A stretch of DNA of 62,952 bases, filler included, from Rhabdomonas costata (GCA_019059605.1; 50 parts of 50 records of this genome joined end to end with filler, not necessarily neighbours in it); one strand, 5' to 3'; positions 23,224 to 36,345 are shown, counted from the whole stretch's first letter. A program made the numbers and translations. The notes: generated from the sequence alone by a model not told the origin.

Positions 23224-24609
23224 CTGCAGACGTTTTTGTTCCAACCCCAATGCAAGACCCTTGTTCGATGATCCTTAAACTTTTGCGCATTACACCGTCA
23301 ACTCAGACACGTGCTGTTTTTAGGCTCAGTAACATGTGAACGTTTGAAACATGTCATTTCCATGGATTTCCACTAACGGATCATGAGCAATTAAAGAATG
23401 CGTTACAGAGGCGTGTGGAGAGAAGGCCTTTACTTGGGATTGGGTGGTCTGGCAAAGATTTACGCACTTGTTTTTTTATGGTCAACGACACCGCCATGAG
23501 GGCATTTTTTCATCTTGCCAAGTTTTCCACCAGTCGTAGCTAGGGAGGGAAGCCCAGGACAGAAAACCCAGTTAAATTACCTTATTTGGCTTTCTGTCTA
23601 AGGTCCATACGGGTTTGGTGTCAAGAAAACTTTCCCAACTGTTTGTTCTGAACCCTTTGTTGAAATACCTGTCCAGCTTGGCGGTCATAAACAAGACCTG
23701 GACCCCACCCCACCCCAAAGAATCTCAGTTCTCAAGAAAAAAAATTGGGTGAAATCCGGCGTCCACAACGACGTGTGTATGAAATTAAACCCTTGTATCA
23801 CCCGTGTGAGCATTGTATATCGGTTTGTGGCTTTTGTTGATTCGGGTGCGCCTGACTATTTTATTAGCCNNNNNNNNNNNNNNNNNNNNNNNNNNNNNNN
23901 NNNNNNNNNNNNNTTAATTAATTAANNNNNNNNNNNNNNNNNNNNNNNNNNNNNNNNNNNNNNNNNNNNGTGTTGGTGTGTTTGGGTTTGTGTGGCAAGC
24001 CCAGCCGGGCCAGCTCCTTCTCCACATTGACTTGGCGCCGCTGCGAGAGGTGCGGCCGGCCATAGTGGCAAAGGCGGCGTAGGCGCTGCGAAAGCCCTCG
24101 TGGTGGGGCAGGGAAAGCGGGCCCGGAACGAACTCCTGCCTCCTACAGCGCGAGAAGCAAAGCAGGGTCTGATATCTGCTATGCCAATACCACTCTACTA
24201 CGGACGGCTCCACTACGTGACCCGTCCTTCGTGATGGTAGTAGGATGTGAGAGTGAACCCAAAGGTAGTAATAGATGCAAAGAGGAGGCCGCCGAGGCCG
24301 ACATGGACGTAATTTGGGCTAAGGTACCCTACCACCCTCTGATTCAGACCTGCCCACCGTACCCACCTACGCATACCCTACTCCGGATGGCTCCTGGTAC
24401 CCAGACCCATCCTCCGTACCACCTCACATGCAGGCGACCCCCACCACCTTCTGAGGGCAGGTATCCCACCGAAGAAAGACTCAGCAACATGCAGTGAATC
24501 CAAATTCGACCCTCCTGTCTATACCGCTGCTGAGTAGATCGAGCTAAAAAGGTCGTTCACGAGGAACTGAATGAAGCTGACCAGCTAAGATTCTATTTCG
24601 AACACGCTG

Positions 24610-25130
24610 GAACATGGGGATCGGATGGGTGCGCGTGAATGCCAAGACGTGTCAGCGTTCCGGCGAAATCACCCGCAGCCACAACAGTCTGCGGAACATT
24701 TGGGCGAGCTCCACTCCATGGCTGGGGCCGTGGTGGACTACGAGTACCCCTCCCGGGTGCCCAATCGTTTTTCTGCAGAATCAACCCGCCACAACACCCT
24801 GGTTACCGCCTGCTGGAGAACAAAGCGGCAGGCCTATGATGTAACAGTGGTTACCCCCATCCGCAAGTCCGCCCGACCAGGGGAACTGCTACTCGACATC
24901 GTCGCCGTGGGCAAGATCTCCAAAGATCTTATGCCGTGTGCAGCCGAGGGCTTTGTGTGTCACCCTTTAGTCGCCGATTGCTTCGGTGCCATCCGCTCCG
25001 ACGCGCGCTCCCGTGTTTCCGAGCTTATCGTGCAACTGGTGAAGAAGACGGACCCATCCATTATTGGGCGGTCTGTATGGGCAGCTCTGACGGGGGCCGC
25101 CGTTGCGCGCGCGGCTATCCAGACCCACCA
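24610..25130 (+). mobile_element. C-terminal restriction-like endonuclease (RLE) region of a CRE-type retrotransposon, frameshifted
   Basis: TCQRSGEITRSHNSLRNIW (RHN-like motif), then W...AYDVTVVTP...GKISK...CAAEGFVCHPLVADCFG (DVTV...K..KY...F.PLV.E.FG pattern). Confidence 0.75.
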
Positions 25131-25424
25131 NNNNNNNNNNNNNNNNNNNNNNNNNNNNNNNNNNNNNNNNNNNNTTAATTAATTAANNNNNNNNNNNNNN
25201 NNNNNNNNNNNNNNNNNNNNNNNNNNNNNNGGGGTGTGGTCAGGTGGGCGTATGTTTTGTAGCGCTTAAGCTGTTGTCAGCTGTTCCTCGCAATACTGCG
25301 AGGAGTGGAGAGGGGCCTTTTGGTAGTGCGATTGAATATTCAGTCGCTCACATGGAAAGCCATGGCGTGCAGCTATTTTCCCAACATTATCTTCTATGTT
25401 GCTATCTCCCTCAAACTACGTAAG

Positions 25425-25739
25425 GTGGCTCAACTGACGCTGGGGCTGGACCACGACGAGGTGCCGTGGTGGTGGAACCCCGGGGACTCCATTGGGGTGC
25501 TGCCGAACAACGACGAGCGCACGGTGGACCAGCTGCTGTTCCACCTGCGGGTGCGCCCCGACGAGCCCTTCCTCCCTCCTCAAGGTTGGCACCCGAGTGG
25601 CATCGGCAGCAGCAGCAGCAGTAGCTATGGCGGTGGGAGTTGGAGCGGGAGCCCTGACGCGGCGCTACCTGCGGTGTACAGGCGGATTCAATTCCCTGAT
25701 CCTCCGAAGTACCTCACTGTGAAGGAAGTGTTGATGAAG
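25425..25739 (+). CDS. Exon of diflavin reductase FAD-binding domain (methionine synthase reductase / CPR / NDOR1-like)
   Basis: VAQLTLGL...WNPGDSIGVLPNNDERTVDQLLFHLRV...YLTVKEVLMK matches Y.PGD.IGV.P.N...V..LL..L; bounded by aag| and |gt. Confidence 0.8.
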
Positions 25740-26675
25740 GTGGGCCACCCTCCTTCTCTTTTGTCCACCGCACTTTCTCCATTCGCCATTTCGGAGATGC
25801 TTTTGGTTGGGCCAAACTTGCCGATTTGCACCAATGGTTGAAGTTCTCGTTGCAAATCAATTCGCTCACCCTTCCTCGCCCTCTTGCCCTCTGCGCAGCC
25901 GTCAATGAAGTACCAGCAAGTATGCACGCTTCGAAAAGGCTGCCTTTTAGGTTTGAAAGAACAACAAAAAGCACACCTGCGTGAATAGGTAATTTTACAA
26001 ACAGTACCCTGGACACGGAAAGCATCGGTTTCGCAGCTGTGTGCAGCAGCAAAGGATATAAAAGAGAGATGGTAAATGACATCACGAGAGAGCAATCCCG
26101 TTCGCGAAGCATAGGTTGAACGACTTAGTGGGTCTATGCGGTGTGCAGTTTGGCGTGCTGCTTGCTACCACGCCGTCCCGCCTCGCCAGCCTATCTGCCT
26201 CTGGGGAGATATGTACGCAACGATTATGTTGGTCGTCCTTGATGTCGGCCAATCTGCAATGTGTGTCGTCAGAAGCCCGCAGAATCAAAACATTCGATGA
26301 CTAAAAGTGTTGTGCTGCTTGTAAATGTGCGTGTGCATGTAAATGTGTACCTGCTTTTTGGCATGGGTGCATTTTGGGACCCCCCCCCACCNNNNNNNNN
26401 NNNNNNNNNNNNNNNNNNNNNNNNNNNNNNNNNNNTTAATTAATTAANNNNNNNNNNNNNNNNNNNNNNNNNNNNNNNNNNNNNNNNNNNNGTGTGGGTG
26501 TGTTTGGTGGGGTGTTGTTTCTCTGGTCTTTGTGCATTGCGCTTCCGGGAATGGAGCACAAGAGATGGCAAAATGCTCGATTGGATGCACCGGGACAAAG
26601 GGGGCTTCAAAGGAGCAGGAAAGACGTTCGCAAACAAAGGGGCACTGTAAAAGTAAGAGAGGGGCGGGGGGGTAC

Positions 26676-27327
26676 GTGAACATCGCGCGGCGCTCCCCAA
26701 AGGGGTGCGCGAGCTCCAGCTTAATGTCCTCGAGGATGTCGGTCATGTCCCCGTACCCCTGCTCCTGGAGCCCTTTGCGGTACTGCTCCATAACTGCGTG
26801 TCCCCCCAATCCTCCCGCCAGTTACTCAGCACGTCAGCCCGAGTTCCCTTTTGGACCCTCTTGGAATAAAAGGCCTGGAGGATGGAGCACTATATGCTGG
26901 GCCACGACAACACTCACTTCCATATTCCCAGACTTCCCTGTTGTAAGCTGGCGAAGCAAAACAAGGGAAAGCACTTGGGGCCGCTCACCGTATCTCAGGC
27001 CACCTATAGGCGACTGGGGCGATCTTGGGTGTGCTGCTCTTTTGTCTGTGTTTGCATGCTCGCCACGGGTGAGGAACACCCAAGTAATCTCCTTTGCCAT
27101 GTGACTTGCCCACAGCCCGCCAAGCTGGTGGGATGAGGAGGGGGGGACGGGCTTGCACGGACACATTCCCAGGGTGTCAAGCTTTCCGGGCTGGTCTAGG
27201 ACTTCCTCCAGGACGTCCCTGGCCACCTCCCCAACAAAGGAGTCCACTGTAACGTCACAGGCATCCGCCGCAAGCTTCACTGTGAGGTCGTAGTACTCGG
27301 GGTGGATGCGAGTCCTGTCCAGAGGGT
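26676..27327 (-). CDS. SPT6: Transcription elongation factor SPT6, two exons (27327-~27169, 26793-26676)
   Basis: DPLDRTRIHPEYYDLTVKLAADA...LEEVLDQPGKLDTL|xMEQYRKGLQEQGYGDMTDILEDIKLELAHPFGERR matches Spt6 LD.TR.HPE.Y..A.K.A.DA...L..LDL..FA.EL..QGYG.....L.DI..EL. Confidence 0.92.
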
Positions 27328-28719
27328 CTGAAACGGTACAAAAGCAGGAAAAAGGAAGGTGAGAACATCATAAGCCCATCATGGTTCACGTCTGCTCTCG
27401 CTCTTAGTAAAGCAGCATCTCAATTAGATCCAACTCCGTGAAGTGGTTTTCTTTTTGCCTTGCCCGCGCACCAGTGGCAACGCCCTCCTTTCCTTCAGCT
27501 CCCAAAACATGCACCACGGTCTTCATTCACGGCTCACCCCTGTCCTTGGTTATTCCTAAACCTTCACCAAAGCAAGAAAATGCATGCTACGCAACAAAAA
27601 CATCGCTCCATCGCAGATTGCCATCGAGCTGGTTTAAAGACTCCACAAACACNNNNNNNNNNNNNNNNNNNNNNNNNNNNNNNNNNNNNNNNNNNNTTAA
27701 TTAATTAANNNNNNNNNNNNNNNNNNNNNNNNNNNNNNNNNNNNNNNNNNNNGGGGGTTTTGTTCCAGTTCAGCGCTGCCCTGACGGCCTGACTCCTTCT
27801 GAAGAAGTGCTGCGCTCTCTCCAACACATATACACACACACACACACACACAAGTCCTTCAGCTCCTTATCTATCCCAACCTCCGTAGTCATATTCATTT
27901 TTCGCGACACCAGGACAGGGGCGCGTTCTCCATGAGGGCATGTTCTGCTGGTCACCTCCAGGCCTGGAAACGATGAGGGGACAGAGGGCCGAAAGAAGAA
28001 GGGCAGCCGGACGATGGATGAAAAGTATATATGCCCCTTGTCACAGCCTGTTGTGAGCCGAAGGTCACTGGTTCACCACACAACAGGACAGGAATCTCCG
28101 CCTGCCTTGCGTACACACCAAAATGGCAAAAAAAAACCTTCCGAAAACACACCCGCAACCCATGAGACCTAGTGGCCACCAGCTGCGCGCCCAAATCCTC
28201 ACCCCCAACTCAAGGAACCAAATCGAGAAGTAAGCCTTGCCCCCGACATGGCACTCAGCACCCTCTACTCAGACGGAGAAATGGGAAAAGGCGCACCCTG
28301 ACCCCGCACACAGTCCCACGAGGGGTGTCCCACTTCATCCTCTGCGCCGTGGGGAGGCCGCTCACTCCGGCAACAGCAGGGAATACTTTCACACGGCTTC
28401 CCTCGAGGTGGAGCAGGAACGCCGCACACGCACAAAGTCTTACGGGCAGACTCAACTCATGCGGTGGCCAAAGTGGATGAGAGAGGAGGACTTTGAGTCA
28501 CCCATTCCCGCGGGAGTGGGGCATTCCACTCACCGTTTTTTGTTTATGGACTAGTTTTCGGTGGTGGGACGGAGTGGTGTATTGGGGAGCGAGACCTTGC
28601 GCTGGCGGTATCAGACTGACTAAACGGACTCCCTTCGGCGTTTTATGGCGCACAAGACAGATTTTTGCGTCAAACCTTTTTCATTTTTGTTTCGGTGGGT
28701 GAGTGCTTAGCTCGCCCAG

Positions 28720-28881
28720 GCCTTCCATTTGGTGCCGATGGCTCCGGACCAGGCGAACTCTGGCGCCCTTGCCCTTGGCATTGCGTTCTGGGTTATCCCA
28801 CCAATGTACGGCGCAGCCTTGGGGCAGGTGAAGCAGTGGGACCGCCGCCGTGAGGGCGTGGCGAAGTGGCCCTCCAGTAAG
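28720..28881 (+). CDS. Probable exon of unknown membrane protein
   Basis: cag|AFHLVPMAPDQANSGALALGIAFWVIPPMYGAALGQVKQWDRRREGVAKWPSSK|gtatg. Confidence 0.4.
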
Positions 28882-29029
28882 GTATGCCGGTGCTCTGCAG
28901 CACGCTCCCTCGGNNNNNNNNNNNNNNNNNNNNNNNNNNNNNNNNNNNNNNNNNNNNTTAATTAATTAANNNNNNNNNNNNNNNNNNNNNNNNNNNNNNN
29001 NNNNNNNNNNNNNGTGGGGTGGGGAGGCT

Positions 29030-29949
29030 GACAGCCCAGTTGTGATGGTCACCAACGTGCCCGAGGTCACTTGTGTTTCAAATCTTTTCCACCTGAATGA
29101 TTCACTTAACAACTTTCACAGGGCTCTGCTTGTGGCCCCTGCCACTTTTCGGGGGTTTGGGGGCTGCACATAATCGCTGCGCGGTGTGGGATTGGAGTGT
29201 ATCTCACCCGAAATAACCAAAGATTCATGCGTAGCGTGCGGTGAAAGCCACTACGCGCGTATACAATCAAACAACATAAAGGAAGCTCAGAAAGGTAGCA
29301 AGAAACGGCAAGAAACGTTGCAAGAAACTGTTTTTTTTAGATCGGGACTGTGCTGCTTCTTTCCCCAAAGCAGCGATAGGTGTGTCGACCCACAATGTTT
29401 GTTCAAAAGAGCTCATTTTGATTCTATGTGCTTGCGCACCAGTGAAGCCCACCAAAACCACAGTGAGAAGCAGAGGCAGCAAGCGTCTATTTCTTGATAT
29501 GACTTATAGTGGGCAGAGCTCACGGATGATTGTCGCGTAGTGTCCAAAGGGCCAACCTGGGGACTGGTTGCGAGAGGAAATCAACTTGCTGGTGACCCAG
29601 AACCCCTGCTGACAGCGCTGCCTGCTGCGGAAGCAGACGGAACATGTGATGTGGACATTTTTTTGCCTTTTTTTTTTGCATTCTTTTGCATCGCATTTTT
29701 GGTCTCGCCAGTTTGCATTTCTTTCCCAGCCCTGCCTTGCGCTCCTTATTTGAGTGTGCGTTTCGGGTGTGGCTGGTGTGCACGTTCTTCCGATCCCCCT
29801 GGTCTTTTTGCCGCACTTGTGTGCTCACAGAACATCGTGGCGGACCACCTGTTCAAGTTGTTTGGCACTTGCGGTGACGTAGTGAAGGTGAAGATCATGT
29901 TCAACCAGCGTGACCGCGCCCTGGTGCAGTTCCGCGACCCGAGCGAAGC
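29030..29949 (+). CDS. PTB/hnRNP-L-family RRM, two exons (~29030-29065, 29831-29949)
   Basis: DSPVVMVTNVPE|NIVADHLFKLFGTCGDVVKVKIMFNQRDRALVQFRDPSEA matches PTB RRM3 (LF.LFG.YGDV..VKI.FNK...ALVQ). Intron is GT-AG. Confidence 0.88.
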
Positions 29950-31811
29950 GTATGCCTCAGTGGGTCCAGAATAGCAGGCTACAACGACCTGAAATGTTCC
30001 TCCGCTGCCACACACACAAGATTCTCGGAATCGGCTACCACCTCCCGTCCTTCCAGGCCTTCCCCGCGGACACGTATGGGGCGCTTCACGCCGACAGCCG
30101 CCGCATATTAAGTCGTGTGATCGCGAAAGCGATCAAAGCAAACCCCTTTGCGGACAAGGCCCGCGTCTCCTCTANNNNNNNNNNNNNNNNNNNNNNNNNN
30201 NNNNNNNNNNNNNNNNNNTTAATTAATTAANNNNNNNNNNNNNNNNNNNNNNNNNNNNNNNNNNNNNNNNNNNNTGTGTGTGGGAACTCTACGACGAGTA
30301 CAAGGGGAAGATCCCGCGGTACAACGGCGAGCCCAATGACATTCCTCTGATCATCCAGTGAAATGTTTCGTTGTGATGTTCTGAAATGAGGCCCCCCCCC
30401 AAGGCCGCTCTTTTTCTTTCCACGGGTGTCCCAGATGTTTCGGTCTGCCCGGATTTTGCAGCGCATTGACCGTGATCTCATCACGGACTTTTACCTCTGG
30501 GCTGCTTCTCTTCGTCTCTCACCCTTTTCGGCATGAGTGGACTTTCGGCTGGTGACTCCGCATATGTGTGCAGTCATTGGGAAAGAAAGTGTGTTGTTGC
30601 TGGCAGCATTGACGTTGTGGTAGTCGTGGTGTTGGTAGAAAATGTGGGCTCGGTGTGTCTCTTAGGGCCTGGGGAACTTGTGCTCCAAATCTACAGTCAC
30701 CCCTCACTTAAACGTCATCCGTGTCGTTCAAATCTCTGAAGCCAGAGCAGGGTTCATTTGCTCAGGGAGAGTTGCTTCTGCGGTGGGGTTGTGAGTCCGA
30801 GTTCCGGTGGGCTGTGCAGTGTTCGCCAGCTGTGTGCCTTTTGCGCTAGCGTAAATTATATCGCGGCTTAGATCTCATGAATGCTGTCCGGAATGGAACC
30901 CGGGGGTTGTTTCTTTTCGGTTAGAAAGTGGAACTGGTTACTTTAACCTCTACCCTTCCCTCTAGTGGTTCGGTTTCCCAGTTCGCTGCTGCCCCTTTGC
31001 TCTCGGTTCCTTTGTCTCTTGAATCTTCGACAGTCCGCTTTCCTCTTTCCCTCTTTTCTGCATTGCACTGTGCATAGTGTCTCTTCCTTCCTGCTACATT
31101 CGGATGTTCTTGTGCCTCGTTGTTTTCTTTTGCGTGGTGAACATTGCACAGTGAATAATTGCTTGCTTGCTGCTGTGTCTTGCAGTCTGTCATTTCCACA
31201 TTCAAGAAAATTGCTTACTTTTTGAATCGGAAACGTCCCCAATGGTTTTGCAATGGAGACGAAGCCTTCGTTTTGGTTTGCGTTTTACAGCGCCAACTGT
31301 TTTGTTTACGTTGGTTTTCGTGTTTGCGTTGCTTTTTTCTTTTGTTTTACTCACCATCCTTACCATGAGTGGCCGGATAGTATGGCGACGCCCCATAGCC
31401 CCGATTCCACTGAGTCCGCGTGGTCCCCCAAAACNNNNNNNNNNNNNNNNNNNNNNNNNNNNNNNNNNNNNNNNNNNNTTAATTAATTAANNNNNNNNNN
31501 NNNNNNNNNNNNNNNNNNNNNNNNNNNNNNNNNNCCACCTGAACCTCAGTAAAACGATTAACAGCATTAAACGTTTTGGGACTTTGCGGATCCAGTGGGA
31601 ACAGGTTTATTTCAGGGGCGGAGGCAAGTTAGTGGCGCGGCAGGAGCCCCGGACGTGCAAGCCGGGTCATCCAGAAAAATTTCGACGTTTAACGGTGTTC
31701 TAAAGGAGGGGGACCGGGCGAAGAAATCGGAGGAGAATGATAGGTGGCCATCGGCGAGAGTCGCTCATTATTAATAGAAAAAGCTAAAGAGAAAAGATAT
31801 TCACCACTCAC

Positions 31812-32107
31812 TCGCCCGAGCACGGACCTCCGGAGCTCCGGGCAGAAGCTGCGCACTCTCCCTGGGAGGGCGTCGATCCTCCTCTGTCGGGCGCGGGCCC
31901 GGTTGAGCCACCCTTCGGACTCCCGGCGGGCGCGTTGAATGCGGTGCTGCACCAGCCTTTGCCACTCCTCGGGGGTGAAGTTGCGACCGCCCAGCCAGTT
32001 GATCGAGTCCACCGGATTGGGGGCCCCATGTGGAAGTACAGCAGGGAGGCCAGCAGGGAGAGGTACACCAGGATCAGCGTGCTGAACAGCATTGGGGAGA
32101 CGGCCAT
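31812..32107 (-). CDS. Probable first exon of a type II membrane protein with an apparent frameshift near 32022
   Basis: MAVSPMLFSTLILVYLSLLASLLYFHMG, then the GC3-rich frame switches at GGGGCCCCC to NPVDSINWLGGRNFTPEEWQRLVQHRIQRARRESEGW...; ends at CGA|gtgagt. Confidence 0.5.
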
Positions 32108-32616
32108 GTTGGGGGCGGACGCGGAGCCGGGATGCTCCCTCCTTTTGGCCGGGGATCTCCCTCGGGAGCGGTGCTCCGTGGCGTGGAGGATGTGAGTCAA
32201 GGACCCAGTGAGCACCCCCCGGTGCTACCGCCCTTGGCAGGGCAGGGCCATTCAAGCGAAAAGGGGTAACACTCTCCTCCTTCGGCAGCAGTGAAAGTGA
32301 GGTTTGAACAACGTTTGGGTGGGGGGTGCAATCCCCACACAGTGCTGCTGTTGACAAGACGTGAATGGAAATGGATGCAACCCGAAAGAAGATGAAACAA
32401 CTGCCCTCTCCTTCCTGTCCTCAACAACCGCGGGATAATGACGGCAGCCTTTCTTTCTCCGTTTAACCAGTGCGAAGGTAACCTTTCCAGGCTTTGTGCG
32501 GTTGTGCATTTTTCATTGCTACCCATGTCACTCGGTTAGAATGTCCTCCAGCTGGGCGGGCAAATACTGTTCGGCCCCACTGCTTTACGAGCAGGCATTG
32601 GTCCAGGGTGAGTGGA

Positions 32617-32682
32617 GGACACAGGGGGACAGGCGAGAACGCCACAGGCAAAACGAGAGCAACACACTGTCCCCCTGTGTCC
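32617..32682. repeat. Perfect 16-bp inverted repeat at contig end (32617-32632 / 32667-32682), 34-nt spacer
   Basis: GGACACAGGGGGACAG / CTGTCCCCCTGTGTCC. Confidence 0.85.
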
Positions 32683-35340
32683 CCCACACACCACCNNNNN
32701 NNNNNNNNNNNNNNNNNNNNNNNNNNNNNNNNNNNNNNNTTAATTAATTAANNNNNNNNNNNNNNNNNNNNNNNNNNNNNNNNNNNNNNNNNNNNAGAAG
32801 GGGTGGTGAAAGGTGCGGGGAACGAACTTGCAGCAACTTCCGCAGGCAAGAGTTGGGAGAGAATAGGAACAAGCTGTCATCGTTAAGAATCCCCAGGACG
32901 TACCACGCGTCTGCGGTCCTGGAATCTGCCATGAGCAGGTCACTCGAATAACAACCAAATCAAAGTCAAGGGTCGACCGCTGACCACACCGCAATGCGGC
33001 GGTGCATTACACTGCGCGCTGTATAAGACAAGGGACCACTCAAGCAGCACATTGTCAGAAACGCAAAGAAAAATGAGGTATCGCCTAAAACAATCTTCCG
33101 TTGGTTTGCATTTGGTCTGCCGTCACATCTCATGCACCAGTCCACCACTGCAATCCAAAATCTAGCGATAAAATGCGTGGTAGCGAGAAGGAGAGAGAAA
33201 AGGAGAAACCAGTCAATGCAACGTACTGACAATACCGTGCACCACCTCATCGTCTACCTGCTCATTGCCAACTTACGCCGCACACTTCCTAATATCAAAG
33301 TAAAAAACCACTCGGCTGCCTAAAAATTTGACAAAGGTGCTTGGTTATGAAAGTATGCGGTATGGCGAACGAACTAGATCGGTAAGCACTGCGTGTTGTT
33401 TGAGTCTATAATACGCGGTTTGAGAACATGAAACGCTGCATCCACGACATCTCTCCATGCTGCCTAACTGTGCCCAGATCCTGCCCCAGGCGAGGTTGAT
33501 CGCAAGTAGAGCTGAAGATACTTACAATTCCGCAGAACCCCTCCAGCCACCCATCCCTTTTTCTTGGAGGCAGAAAAGGGTTGGGAAGGGAAAAGCATTC
33601 CCAACTTCATCTAAAGAAGCAGGGAAACAATGACACTTAGGGCAACCCAGTACGCGCTGGGGTCGAGCAATAGGGTAGATACAGAAAGAGCCTCAACTGA
33701 GAGCTTCCATTGAAAAGGAAAAAGGAAACATGGGGTCACAAGCAGTCCATAAACAAAAAAAGGAAAGGAGTATGATCACCCTATAGCCGAGCCAACGGGA
33801 TGGTGTCGGCGTGAGTGAGGCTGGGATCGAAGACGTGCGAGGGCAACACCTCCACAGTGAGACATCGTGTGGAGAGAATGTGAAAGCCGGAGAGGCGAGA
33901 TAGCAGATCCTTGAACATCCGATCTTCACCCTGCTGCGCCGGCACAACAAAACACANNNNNNNNNNNNNNNNNNNNNNNNNNNNNNNNNNNNNNNNNNNN
34001 TTAATTAATTAANNNNNNNNNNNNNNNNNNNNNNNNNNNNNNNNNNNNNNNNNNNNTTGTTTGTGTGCTATGAGCAGTGCACGTGCAAGGAATCCAAGGG
34101 CCGTGGGGAGCCCGCCCTGCTTCAGGCCTCACCTTCGTGAGGGGAGGTGCACGTCCAGTTTCCATTATTACTTGAGCACGCGTTCATGTGGACACTCTTG
34201 TGAGTCTTCATCGCACTGGAAGGGATCGGGATTGTCCTTGCAGCAGCGGTCGTTGCCAGAGCTGGTGCCCATGCTCTTGCGGGCAACATTGATCTCTGCC
34301 GTGTGCTGCTGCTGCTGCTGCTCTTCTTCCATTGCCCGACATTGTGCTGGCATCCCCGCTGTTGTGTAGTGTACCAGTAGAAACGTGGCAGCAGAAGCCC
34401 GTGCTGTTTCCACTGCAGTCGGCTGTACAGTCCTGGAGATTCATTCTCCCGAAGCTGCAGTCATGTTCCTGTCATGTCTGATGCAGCAGTGGGGTCGGGA
34501 GAGGGGCATCGAGGGACTGCCGTTGCATTACATTCCACATGTGATGGGTGAGATGGGGACGGAAATATTGGAAACCGCGCTTGGGATGACAAAGTAATGA
34601 TCAGACAAGCTGATTTAGATGCGGATAATTTGGAGTTTGGGTTTCTCGGTCGGCTGACAAAGTTTTACAACAAAGTAGTGATACCGTGGTGAGCTACTGC
34701 CAGCGTTTGCCGGTAGCACGATTTGAAATTTTCCATACTTCCGTTCGTGCCGTCCTGATTCAGGTGTGCGGTTCTGTTTTCATTGTCATTGCTATCTTTG
34801 GGGATGATGCCCGTCCCTTTCTCCCTTCTTCTTGAACCGAACTGCTGAAGCAATGGCTGCCCGGGCATCGGTCGGGGGGTGCCCCCCGCCATGGGTGCGT
34901 CCCATTGCTGCAGAGGTTCTGCTGTGGCTGCCGTGGCTCAGCCGTGGCCTTTCTTCACTCGCTCCCAGCGGCTCCCGGTACTCCTCCTGGGCGGAGTTCC
35001 TGCAGGCCTTGCGAAAGGTATGTGCCTCGCTGTGTAGCGCGGAGCAGAAGATGAATTGAAGGAGCCCTCATTCTCGACCAATAGGCCAATTTAGTAATCC
35101 CAACAATCTGCAGACGAGCCCCTGCCCCACCTACTCCACTGCCAGTCAGATGCCTTCTTTTCCTCACTGAAAGGTTCTAGATGGGCATGCGGCTGGGGAT
35201 GTCTTCCACCACCACCCNNNNNNNNNNNNNNNNNNNNNNNNNNNNNNNNNNNNNNNNNNNNTTAATTAATTAANNNNNNNNNNNNNNNNNNNNNNNNNNN
35301 NNNNNNNNNNNNNNNNNGTGGGGTTGGGCAGCAAAAACTC

Positions 35341-35782
35341 TTATAGCAGTGATATAAAAATTTACAAAGCAGTGTAACGACACTATAAATTTTCTTTTAC
35401 ACATTTTCGGCGATGCTGTGTTGCTGTTGGGCGGAGTTAATTTTTGCTTGTCCGGGATGTCTTGCGCCGCGGAGCGCAGCGGAGCTCCGGTGCGCTCTGC
35501 GGCCCAAGATCCCAGGTGCTAGTGCACTGCAGTCTCCGAAAAGGGTCCCGAGGTGAGGTGAGTTGGTCTCGGAGAGGGTTAGGGGGCGGTACTCGTGTCC
35601 CCGAGGTGAGTTTAGTTGGTCTCGCAGGTGGTTAGGGGGCGGTGCACGTGTTCCGGCAGCACATTCTTTTTGCAATGCTATGAATTTTTCAATAATATTT
35701 TTATAGCGACGCTATAAAATTTTTGTAAGTTCAAAAAATAAAACGGTGCTGTATAGAATTTTATAGCCATCGCTATAAAATT
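35341..35782. repeat. AT-rich element with repeated TTATAGC-(N)-GCTATAAAA hairpins flanking a GC-rich core that holds two 53-bp tandem units (35547-35652)
   Basis: Hairpins at 35699-35719 and 35757-35782, degenerate copies at about 35341-35390. Tandem unit CCCGAGGTGAG..AGTTGGTCTCG...GGTTAGGGGGCGGT..CGTGT. Confidence 0.75.
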
Positions 35783-36345
35783 TATCACGGGAAATTCTTA
35801 TTTCACCACAATAAAAAGGGTTTGCTAACAAACCAACCACAAGTATTTTTCACTTGCGTTTGTGTCAAGTTGGTCGAAGAGAAAAGTGAAGGAAAACATT
35901 TTATGTGCATGGTTGAATTGTGAAACTAATCATCAATAGCGTACTCTAGCCACGTTCCACCCGAAGTCATCCCCCATCCTCGAGTATGAATCCGGAAAAG
36001 AAAACCCCAAAATGTCAGCAAACAGCAGCTACTTGTTAAATGTTTGTAAGGTCAGCTCCAAGAAGGACGTAAAACTCATCATGCTCACCAAGTTACTAAC
36101 CTTGAAAACCTCGAAAAGACGATAGCAAAGAGGTTGGTAGCAAGCGCCTCAGTCCTGCAGTGTGGTGACCCTTGCTGTAGCAGTGACATTTCGCGCTCAA
36201 AAAAAAAGAAGCATGACTTCCCGCACATCACTGTACTGTGGATTTTAGACAGAAACATTTCCTGCCTATTACCTCGTAAGTGAAACTGTAAACGGTTTTA
36301 ATGTCCAGCTCAAGTCCCAAGTCCCATGTCAAAAACAGAAATACA

